NCBI GenBank assembly: GCA_038230355.1
Contig: JBBRNK010000017.1
Span: 8,821 to 72,820, forward strand
DNA length: 64,000 bases
Reading direction: 5' to 3'
From: Mycobacteriales bacterium
GTDB taxonomy: Bacteria > Actinomycetota > Actinomycetes > Mycobacteriales > SCTD01
A program made the position numbers and the translations under genes. Below the pieces are notes generated by a model. It saw only the letters and a program-made list of their open reading frames with translations, was not told the DNA's origin and made no database searches. Shown piece by piece: positions 39,111-46,770 of the stretch; positions within the stretch are counted from its first letter, which is position 1, and each line of letters opens with the position of its first letter.

Positions 39111-39914
39111 TTAGCCGCGCAGGAGCGAGAGCACGCCCTGCGAGGACTGGTTCGCCTGGGCGAGCATCGCCGTTCCAGCCTGGTTCAGGATCTGGTTGCG
39201 GGAGAAGCTCGTCATTTCATGCGCCATGTCGGTGTCGCGGATGCGCGACTCCGACGCGGACAGGTTCTCCACGGCCACGCCGAGGTTGGCGACGGTGTGC
39301 TCCAGGCGGTTCTGGAACGCACCGAGGGTGCCACGAGCGGTCGAGACGGCCGAGATCTGGGTGTCCACCGTGCTGATGGAGGACGCGGTGCTGCCCAGGG
39401 CCGTGGAGATGCTGGTGAGGTTGACGGAGCTGAGGTCGAGAGCGACCGTGTCACCGTTGTTGGCACCGATCTGGAAGGTACCGTTGTAGGTGCCGTCCAG
39501 CAGGTTGTTGCTGTTGAACTGGGTGGAGCTGCCGATGCGACCGACCTCAGAGCCCAGCGCTGCGTACTCGCTGTCGAGGGCGGAGTTGGCGGTGGTGCTG
39601 TTGGAGCCGGTGTTGGACTTCTGCACCGTCAGGTCGCGCATGCGCTGCAGGATCGAGTGCACCTCGTTGAGGGCACCTTCAGCGGTCTGCGCGACGCTGA
39701 TGCCGTCCTGCGCGTTGCGGGTGGCGACCTTGAGGCCACCCACCTGGCTGCGCAGGCTCTCGCTGTTGACGAGGCCGGCGGCGTCGTCGGACGCCCGGTT
39801 GATCCGGAAACCGCTGGAGAGCTTCTCCAACGACTTGCCCATCTGACCTTCCGTGACCGTGAGGTTCCGGTAGGCGTTCATCGCCGCAATGTTGGTGTTG
39901 ACGCGGAGAGACAT
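39111..39914 (-). CDS. fliC: Flagellin (267 aa, minimal), tandem paralogue
   Basis: Same conserved N- and C-termini as 38125-38928. Confidence 0.98.
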   Translation of the reverse strand: MSLRVNTNIAAMNAYRNLTVTEGQMGKSLEKLSSGFRINRASDDAAGLVNSESLRSQVGGLKVATRNAQDGISVAQTAEGALNEVHSILQRMRDLTVQKSNTGSNSTTANSALDSEYAALGSEVGRIGSSTQFNSNNLLDGTYNGTFQIGANNGDTVALDLSSVNLTSISTALGSTASSISTVDTQISAVSTARGTLGAFQNRLEHTVANLGVAVENLSASESRIRDTDMAHEMTSFSRNQILNQAGTAMLAQANQSSQGVLSLLRG

Positions 39915-39924
39915 GGTGGATCCC

Positions 39925-39969
39925 TTCCCTTCCTGGGAAATGTGTCTGGCACCTCACGTCCTTGCGAGG
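39925..39969 (-). promoter_or_regulatory. Two CsrA-type GGA hairpins in the flagellin leader
   Basis: CCTCGC-AAGGAC-GTGAGG and TTCCC-AGGAA-GGGAA. Confidence 0.7.
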
Positions 39970-39977
39970 CAAGGGTG

Positions 39978-40005
39978 CTATCGGTGGCAGGCAGGGATCA
40001 GTGGA
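39978..40005 (-). promoter_or_regulatory. Probable sigma28-type promoter, upstream flagellin
   Basis: -10 ACCGATAG; weak -35 (TCCAC). Confidence 0.5.
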
Positions 40006-40009
40006 GCGG

Positions 40010-42310
40010 TCAGCGCGAAATGGCACCCTGTTTTACCTGACCGGGTAAGACTTCAAGCAGTCCGAGCAGGCGGGTCAGCTCGACCGCCTCGGCGGCCAGC
40101 TGGGGCGGGAGCGGCCCGATCGCCTCCATCAGCAGGGCGGCGCGAGCATGGTCACCATCCTCGACGGCCCGCTGCATCTGCCCGAGCGTCTCTGCGAAGG
40201 GCTGCTCGGGACCGGGCTGCTCGGGACCGGGCTGAGCTGGCACCAGGAGCTGGGCGAGTCGGCTCTCCCGCTCGGGGTCGCGACCTCGGGGCGTCCACGC
40301 CTCGACCGCCGCCCTGGCCCGGGCGGTGTCGCCACTCGCCTCGAGCACGGTCGCGAGGGCCAGGGTGGCGGCGGCGCTGTCCGGGTTGGCCGCGCGGGCC
40401 TCGTGCGCCGCGGCTACGGCCTGTGTCGAGCGACCTTGTGACAGCAGGGCGCCCGACAGCAGGACCAGCGCACCACAGCGAAAGTGAGCGGGTGGCCGCA
40501 GCGACAGGCACTCCTGCGTCAGCTCGATGACGCGGGCAGCTGTCAGCTCCGACACCCCCAACGTGCGCGCGAGCTCGTAGGCCGCCTTCCAACGCCGGGC
40601 GTCGCCGAGAGGCGTAGCCGCCAGGTCCTTCTCGGCGAGCTGGAGGTTGCGTGCCGACTTGCCCCTGCTGGTGCGGACGTGCTCGAGGTAGCCGTCGTGT
40701 TCGAGGCGTACGCCCGGAAGGGGAGGGGTGTCGAGCCAGGCCGCGTCGCCGATCCGCGCGGGGACCTCGTGTACCGCGCCGACCCACTCGACGGCTCCCC
40801 GGCGAAGCAGGCGAGCAGCCTCGTGCTGATACCCGGTCAGGTCCTCGGGCTGGCTCCGCGACCGGATCGGCAGCCGCAGGGCGTGGTCGGCGGACCGGGT
40901 GAGCAGGCTGCGAGTGGCGCGCACGTCGTCGACCTCGAGCTGCTCGTCGGCGTCGATGCTGAGGACCCACGTGCCAGAGGTGGCGGCCAGCGCCGCGTTG
41001 CGGGCATCCGAGAAGTCGTCGTCCCAGGCGTGGTGCACAACCGTCGCCCCGAACCACCGGGCGACCTCGACCGTGGCGTCCGTCGAGCCGGTGTCGCAGA
41101 CGACCACCTCGTCGACGACGCCGCGCAGGCTGGCCAGGCAGGCGGGCAGGGCGTCCTGCTCGTCACGGACGATGAGGGCGGCGCTCAGCTGCGGCGTACG
41201 GCTCGTGCGGGGCCAGCTACCGGCCTCAGCAGCGGGGTCCACGTGGGCGAGCACCCCGGTCGCTACGGCCAGGCCGCCGCGGGTGAGCAGGCGGTCGCAC
41301 AGCTCCTGGCCGACGAGCTCGGGCGCCAGCCCGGGGTGGTAACCACCGACCTCCAGGGCCGTGTCCCGGTCCAGCAGCAGGGGCGCTCCCGCCAGAGCCT
41401 CCACCGGGACGGTGGTGGCTCCGTGCTCACGCCGGCGTCCGGCGGCGCACCGGGTGAGGTCTGCCTGGTCGTCGTACCTCGCCTCGGGGGCGTGCTGGGT
41501 GCCGGCCAGGCCGAAGGCGACGGGGCCCACGGCAACCACCCCCACCCCCCGGCGCAGGCCGAGGGCCCAGTCGCGGGGCAGCAGCGTCTGCTCGTCGAGC
41601 ATCAGCACGCACTCGCCGGTGGCGCGCACCAGACCCTGGTTGCGGGCCGCAGCCACCGATAAGGCCCGCGGGTTGCGGACGACCACCAGGTCCGGCCGGC
41701 TGGCCAGGAAGGTCGTCACGGCCAGCGTGGCGCCGTTGTCGACGACGACCACCTCGAGGCTCCTCGGTCCCCCCCTGCGCAGGCTGTCCAGGCAGGCTCG
41801 GAGGCCGGCGAGACCGCCCTGGGCGAGGACCACTGCGGAGCAGCCACCCGGTCGAGAGGGGCCCCCTCCCAGTGCCGGCGGGGCGCCGACGGGCTCGCCG
41901 GGGTGGGTGAGGAGCGCCCGCAGGGCGCGCGGATCGGTCGCCACCCGCAGCACCGGGTGCGCGGCCAGATCACCTGCGCACCAGGGGTTGTGCATCATCT
42001 CGCGCAGTCCCTCGGTGGTCACTGGCACGGCCGTGTCGAGAACCAGGACCGCTGTCCGCGCGGCGAGGGTCAGGGCGGCCTCGATCACGAGCGCACCCAG
42101 GCTTGCGACCGGGTCGGCCGTGCTGACGACCCGGAGTGCACCGCTCATCGTCGCCAGCAGCTCCGACTCGGCCCCGTCAAGGACGCGGGTCGCGACCACG
42201 AGCTCTCCCTCGACGTCGACCGGCCAGGCCTCGACCAGCTCGAGGACGTAGCGCAGCAGTGCGTCCAGGTCGCCCTGGACAGCAAGCACGGCGGTGACGG
42301 GGGCAGGCAA
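40010..42310 (-). CDS. Multi-domain glycosyltransferase (GT2 + GT2 + TPR-like); probable flagellin glycosyltransferase
   Basis: EVVVVDNG...ARNQGL; LSAALIVRDE...VCDTGSTDAT...DFSDARN...SIDADE...HE; helical C-terminus; start uncertain. Confidence 0.85.
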   Translation of the reverse strand: MPAPVTAVLAVQGDLDALLRYVLELVEAWPVDVEGELVVATRVLDGAESELLATMSGALRVVSTADPVASLGALVIEAALTLAARTAVLVLDTAVPVTTEGLREMMHNPWCAGDLAAHPVLRVATDPRALRALLTHPGEPVGAPPALGGGPSRPGGCSAVVLAQGGLAGLRACLDSLRRGGPRSLEVVVVDNGATLAVTTFLASRPDLVVVRNPRALSVAAARNQGLVRATGECVLMLDEQTLLPRDWALGLRRGVGVVAVGPVAFGLAGTQHAPEARYDDQADLTRCAAGRRREHGATTVPVEALAGAPLLLDRDTALEVGGYHPGLAPELVGQELCDRLLTRGGLAVATGVLAHVDPAAEAGSWPRTSRTPQLSAALIVRDEQDALPACLASLRGVVDEVVVCDTGSTDATVEVARWFGATVVHHAWDDDFSDARNAALAATSGTWVLSIDADEQLEVDDVRATRSLLTRSADHALRLPIRSRSQPEDLTGYQHEAARLLRRGAVEWVGAVHEVPARIGDAAWLDTPPLPGVRLEHDGYLEHVRTSRGKSARNLQLAEKDLAATPLGDARRWKAAYELARTLGVSELTAARVIELTQECLSLRPPAHFRCGALVLLSGALLSQGRSTQAVAAAHEARAANPDSAAATLALATVLEASGDTARARAAVEAWTPRGRDPERESRLAQLLVPAQPGPEQPGPEQPFAETLGQMQRAVEDGDHARAALLMEAIGPLPPQLAAEAVELTRLLGLLEVLPGQVKQGAISR

Positions 42311-42389
42311 CGGGCTTCCTCGATGGGAGCCGTCCGTGGTGGTCGGGGCGGTGGCATCCTGCTGCCGCCGATTGCTGGAGCAGCGTGAG

Positions 42390-43283
42390 TCAGTGCAGGA
42401 AGTCGGCGAGTGACGGGAGGTTGGCGCGACTCGCAGCCCCGAGCGCCGCCGTGTACGACGCCTGGGCGGCGTTCATCTTCAGGACGGCGTCGGCCAGGTC
42501 GACGTCCTCGAGCTCGGACCGGCGGGAGGCGAGGTCCTGCAGGGCCACACCGCCTGTGTCGTAGGCGTTCTCGACGCGGTTGGTCGTCGTGCCGACCTGT
42601 GCCAGCCCGCGCAGGACGTCGTCGTGGCGGGCCTTCAGCGTCGTCTGGCTCGAGGCGATCGTGGCGGAGTCACCGGCGCGCACGGCCGTCGACAGCGACG
42701 TGAGCATCGAGAAGAGGTCCTCGCCCGGAGGGGCGTTGAAGCCGAACACGTCGCGGCCGGAGACGTTGACCTGCAGGGTGATGGTGGGACTGACCTGACG
42801 TTTCACCTCACCGTCGTCGCCGGCGTAGGTGACGGTCCCCGCCGCATCCGTCGTGAGCGCGGCAGCTCCGAAGCCCCCGAACAGCGAGCGTCCGAGGTGG
42901 GTGGTGTTGCCCACGTCCCGTAGCTCGCCTTTGAGCTGGTCGAGCTCGTCGGCCACCGCCTTGCGGCTGGCGTCGGTGAGCGCTCCGCTCGCGGCGGAGA
43001 CGGCCAGCTGCTTCACCCGCGACAGGACGAAGGACATGGACTGGAGCGCGCCGTCCGCCGTACCGAGCCAGCTCTTCGCGTCGGTCGCGGTGCGGCGGAA
43101 CGAGGTCCAGTCGGCCTCCTGCCCTCGGTAGCGCTCGGCGGAGGCGGCAGCCGCCGCGTCGTCGGACCAGCGCGTGAGGGTCTTGCCGCTGCCGACCTGG
43201 GCCTGCTGGCGCTGCACCCGCTCGAGAGCGGCGCCCAGGCTCTGCGAGGACGTCAGGTAGGTGCTGATCGAGCTGACCCTCAT
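42390..43283 (-). CDS. flgL: Hook-filament junction FlgL
   Basis: MRVS...Q..SGK..TR.SDD, AKSWL..AD.AL, G.SLFGG, EDVDLA.A, PSLADFL. Confidence 0.93.
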   Translation of the reverse strand: MRVSSISTYLTSSQSLGAALERVQRQQAQVGSGKTLTRWSDDAAAAASAERYRGQEADWTSFRRTATDAKSWLGTADGALQSMSFVLSRVKQLAVSAASGALTDASRKAVADELDQLKGELRDVGNTTHLGRSLFGGFGAAALTTDAAGTVTYAGDDGEVKRQVSPTITLQVNVSGRDVFGFNAPPGEDLFSMLTSLSTAVRAGDSATIASSQTTLKARHDDVLRGLAQVGTTTNRVENAYDTGGVALQDLASRRSELEDVDLADAVLKMNAAQASYTAALGAASRANLPSLADFLH

Positions 43284-43290
43284 CGCGTTC

Positions 43291-44643
43291 TCACCTCAGC
43301 ATCCCGTTGATGAGCTTGTCGAGCATGCCGTCAGCAACCGAGATCACGCGGGCGGCAGCTTCGTAGGAGTGCTGGTACCTCACGAGATCGACCATCTCCT
43401 CGTCCACGGAGACCCCATCGGCACTGGAGCGGGCCGCCTGAGCCGAGACCAGGGAGGCGCTCGCCGTCCTGGCGTTGCGGCCGGCGTCCGCCGCTGCCTG
43501 ACCGACCCTGCCCCCGAAGGCCCGCAGCGCGTCACCGACGGTCTGACCCCCCAGTGCCGTCGCGGTGCGCAGCGAGGCCGTGAGCGCGAGGGCGTTGTTG
43601 CCGTCGGCGCTCGCGCCGCCCTGCGAGGCTGCGACGCCGGCGAGGGTCAGGCTCGGGTTGACCGACAAGGTCGCCGCGTCGGTGCCGCTGAAGAAGTCGA
43701 GGCCGGTGGAGCTGTCGGTCCCCACCCCCTGACGGTGGGCGGCGTTGACGACGTCGCGCAGCCCGACCGCGAGGGTGTCGAGCTGGGTGCCGTACGACGG
43801 AAGGTCCACGGTGGCCGCGGCGACGTAGCCGCCGATCTCGCCGGCCAGCGCCAACGGCGTGGCACCTACGGACACCGAGACCGGGTTGGTCGAGGAGGCC
43901 GTCAGGGTCTGCGCCGTGATGCCGGAGACCAGGACAGTGGAGCCGACGGTGACGCTGACCGCGCCGCTCGGCTGCGCGTCGATGCGGGCGCCGGTGAGCG
44001 CCGAGATCCGGTCCAGCGCGACGTCGCGCTGGTCGAGCAGGTCATTGGGCTGCCGGTCGCCGGTGGTCGCCTTGATGATCTCGTCGTTGAGCTTCGCCAC
44101 CGAGCCGAGCAGGCCGTTGAGCTCGTCGACGTCGTTTCCGACCCGCAAGGACAGCTCGTGCCCGACGGCGTCGAGCTTCTGCCGCGCGCCGGTGATGCCG
44201 TCGGCCAGCTGTTGCCCGGCCGTCAGGACGCTGCTGCGCGCAGCCGCGTCGGTCGGGGTAAGCGACAGCTGGTCCCACGCCGCGAGGAAGGCCGACAGCT
44301 GCTCCGGCGCTCCGTCGGCGTAGGTGCCGAGCACCGTCTCAGCCCGGCCCAGGGCCTCACTGCGGGCACCGGTCGAGCCGTTCACTCCCGCCTCGGTGCG
44401 GTAGGCCACGTCGGCGAGCCGGTCCCGCAGTCGGGAGACGTCCAGGACGGTCACCCCGGTCCCGCGGTCGCCGTCGCCGCGCATGCCCGCCGTACCGGGG
44501 GTGGGCAAGGAGCTCGAGATGGTGACGCGTTGGCGGGTGAAGCCCTCGTTGTTGGCGTTCGCGACGTTGTGCGCGGCCACCTCGACGGCGCGCTGGGCCG
44601 CGTACAGCGCCGAGGCCCCGATGGTGAGGCTGCTGAACGACAT
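43291..44643 (-). CDS. flgK: Hook-associated protein FlgK
   Basis: AHNVANANNEGFTRQR, NDLLDQRD..L, GVSVDEEM.DL..YQ.SY.AAARVI. Confidence 0.96.
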   Translation of the reverse strand: MSFSSLTIGASALYAAQRAVEVAAHNVANANNEGFTRQRVTISSSLPTPGTAGMRGDGDRGTGVTVLDVSRLRDRLADVAYRTEAGVNGSTGARSEALGRAETVLGTYADGAPEQLSAFLAAWDQLSLTPTDAAARSSVLTAGQQLADGITGARQKLDAVGHELSLRVGNDVDELNGLLGSVAKLNDEIIKATTGDRQPNDLLDQRDVALDRISALTGARIDAQPSGAVSVTVGSTVLVSGITAQTLTASSTNPVSVSVGATPLALAGEIGGYVAAATVDLPSYGTQLDTLAVGLRDVVNAAHRQGVGTDSSTGLDFFSGTDAATLSVNPSLTLAGVAASQGGASADGNNALALTASLRTATALGGQTVGDALRAFGGRVGQAAADAGRNARTASASLVSAQAARSSADGVSVDEEMVDLVRYQHSYEAAARVISVADGMLDKLINGMLR

Positions 44644-45107
44644 CAGAGCACGTGCTGGATCCGGGGCGCGTGCCCCGCGCTCTGCTGGTACGTCGAGCCG
44701 GGGCCGGCCGTCACGGGCACCGTGCCGAGGCTGTCGGCCAGGCTGCGCGCACCGGCCTCGGCGAGGCGGCGGTTGGCCTGGAGCAGGTCGGTGACCTCGA
44801 GCGCGTGGGCTCGCAGGGCCCGGTGGTCCTCCTCGAGCAGGAAGCGCCAGGGCTCGGGGGCGTCGGCCACCAGCTCGCTGAGGACCGGCTCGGGGAACCC
44901 TCGGGACTCGCCGAGCCCGGCGACGATCACGGCGCGCTCGAGCTCGGCCTCGCGGACCGCCGTGGTGGCGCGCTCGACCTCTTCCGCGGCCCAGCCGAGG
45001 AAGCGGGTCTCCCCGGACAGCAGCAGCTGGCGCATCTCCACCAGCTTGAAGACCAGCAGTTCGAGCAGCAGGCGTTCGCGGCTCAGCAGGCGGGCAAGTG
45101 CCTCCAT
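44643..45107 (-). CDS. flgN: Export chaperone FlgN
   Basis: L.RER.LLELL.FKL...LLL..G..R.L..A..EVE; AAGGAGG RBS; precedes flgK. Confidence 0.85.
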   Translation of the reverse strand: MEALARLLSRERLLLELLVFKLVEMRQLLLSGETRFLGWAAEEVERATTAVREAELERAVIVAGLGESRGFPEPVLSELVADAPEPWRFLLEEDHRALRAHALEVTDLLQANRRLAEAGARSLADSLGTVPVTAGPGSTYQQSAGHAPRIQHVL

Positions 45108-45127
45108 GTGGACCTCCTTCGAGGTTC

Positions 45128-45154
45128 CCATCGGCGCTCCCCGTCTTCCCGTGA
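45128..45154 (-). promoter_or_regulatory. Sigma28-type promoter for flgN-flgK-flgL
   Basis: TCAC-N15-GCCGATGG. Confidence 0.7.
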
Positions 45155-45166
45155 GCGTCCGTCGGG

Positions 45167-46246
45167 CTACCTCGCGACGCGGACCCGACGCGTGATCTCG
45201 GCGGCCAGCTGGTCCAGCGGCAGGACGGCCTCCGCGAGACCGGCCTGCGCGACGAACCGGGGCATGCCCCAGACCACGGAGGACGCCTCGTCCTGAGCGA
45301 CGATCTGGCCGCCGGCTGCCTTCACGGACTCGCAGCCGCGCAGGCCGTCCTGTCCCATGCCCGTCATCACCACGGCCAGGACCCCGGCACCGTAGGTACC
45401 GACCGCGGCCTCGAACAGCACATCGACGGCCGGTCGGCAGGAGTTGACCGGGTCGCCGTCGTGGGTGACCAGCTGACGCCCCACACCGCGGCGCTCCACG
45501 GCCAGGTGCTGTCCGCCCGGCGCCAGCCAGACCGTCCCCGGGAGGACGACCTCTCCGCCCTGGGCCTCGGCGACGGCCAGCGGGCAGAGCCGGTCCAGCC
45601 GTTCGGCCAGCATCCTGGTGAAGGTCACCGGCATGTGCTGCACGACGAGCACGGGAACCGGCAGGTCGGCGGGCAGGCATGGCAGGACGTCCGCCAAGGC
45701 GTTGGGCCCGCCCGTCGACACCCCGATCACGACCACGTCGACCCGACTGGTGCCCACCGGGCCGCGGGGCCGTGGTGCGGGCGGAACGGCACGCGGCCGA
45801 CGTACCAGGGCGTGCAGTCGGGGGAGCAGCTCGGTGCGGAGCACGGCGAGGCTCTGGTCGCGGCTGCCCGTGGAGGGCTTCTGGACGTAGTCGCTCGCGC
45901 CGAGGGTCAGCGCCTCGATGGTCGCAGTGGCCCCTCGCGAGGTCAGCGTGCTGAACATGACGACGGGCAGCGTGCGGTTTCGCCTGCGGATCTCGGCCAG
46001 CGTCTGCAGGCCGTCCAGCTCGGGCATCTCGACGTCGAGCACGACGACATCGGGTTGGACCCGGTCCAGGCAGTCGAGGGCGATCCGGCCGTTGGCGGCG
46101 ACCCCGGCGAGCTCGAAGCCAGGGTCTGCGCGCAACACCTCCGCCACCAGCATCCGCACCACGACGGAGTCGTCCACGACGAGAACCCGCTTGGGCCGGT
46201 CGACGCTCGACGGGCTGCCGACCTCGACCGAGCTCGAGACCGTCAT
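45167..46246 (-). CDS. cheB: Chemotaxis methylesterase CheB
   Basis: Receiver (VVDDS, LDVEMP) plus GVSTGG, QHM, RPAVD, MTGMGQDG. Confidence 0.96.
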   Translation of the reverse strand: MTVSSSVEVGSPSSVDRPKRVLVVDDSVVVRMLVAEVLRADPGFELAGVAANGRIALDCLDRVQPDVVVLDVEMPELDGLQTLAEIRRRNRTLPVVMFSTLTSRGATATIEALTLGASDYVQKPSTGSRDQSLAVLRTELLPRLHALVRRPRAVPPAPRPRGPVGTSRVDVVVIGVSTGGPNALADVLPCLPADLPVPVLVVQHMPVTFTRMLAERLDRLCPLAVAEAQGGEVVLPGTVWLAPGGQHLAVERRGVGRQLVTHDGDPVNSCRPAVDVLFEAAVGTYGAGVLAVVMTGMGQDGLRGCESVKAAGGQIVAQDEASSVVWGMPRFVAQAGLAEAVLPLDQLAAEITRRVRVAR

Positions 46247-46314
46247 CTGCCCCGACCCCCGGTCACGGTCTGCACGTCGAGGTTGACCGGCGCCGGGATG
46301 TGCGAGGTGCTCAT
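46243..46314 (-). other. 23-codon micro-ORF (MSTSHIPAPVNLDVQTVTGGRGR) coupled to cheW and cheB
   Basis: ATGA overlaps at both ends; fills the intergenic gap exactly. Confidence 0.5.
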
Positions 46315-46769
46315 GGCGTCGCAACCCTCGGGGTGGGGAGGTCGATCGTGCGGACCGGGTCGAGGATCAGCAGCAGCTGACCGTCGAGCTTGTAGACCCC
46401 CTCGATCAACTCGCGCACCCGCCCGCGAAGCGTCTCGGGTGGCCGCTCGAACGCCCGGGAGTCGACCTCGACGACGTCCCCGATCCGGTCGACGAGCAGG
46501 CTCACGGCGCCGTCCTCGGTGCGCAGGACGACGTTCATCGGGTCGAGGTCGTCGTCGCGGTCAGGCAGGTCGAGCCTGCGGCGCAGGTCGATGGCCGTGA
46601 CGATCTGACCGCGCAGGTTGATCAGGCCGCGGATGACAGGGGACGCGAGCGGCACCCGCACCATGTCCTGGTACTGGAGCACCTCCTGCACCTCGCGCAC
46701 ACCGATCCCGAAGTACATGCCGCCCGCGTAGAACGTGCAGTACTGCCCGGCGAGGCTGGTGGTGGTCAC
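46311..46769 (-). CDS. cheW: CheW
   Basis: VQEVL, VPLA...IRGLINLRGQIV..IDL, LLVD.IGDV. Confidence 0.95.
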   Translation of the reverse strand: MTTTSLAGQYCTFYAGGMYFGIGVREVQEVLQYQDMVRVPLASPVIRGLINLRGQIVTAIDLRRRLDLPDRDDDLDPMNVVLRTEDGAVSLLVDRIGDVVEVDSRAFERPPETLRGRVRELIEGVYKLDGQLLLILDPVRTIDLPTPRVATP

Positions 46770-46770
46770 C

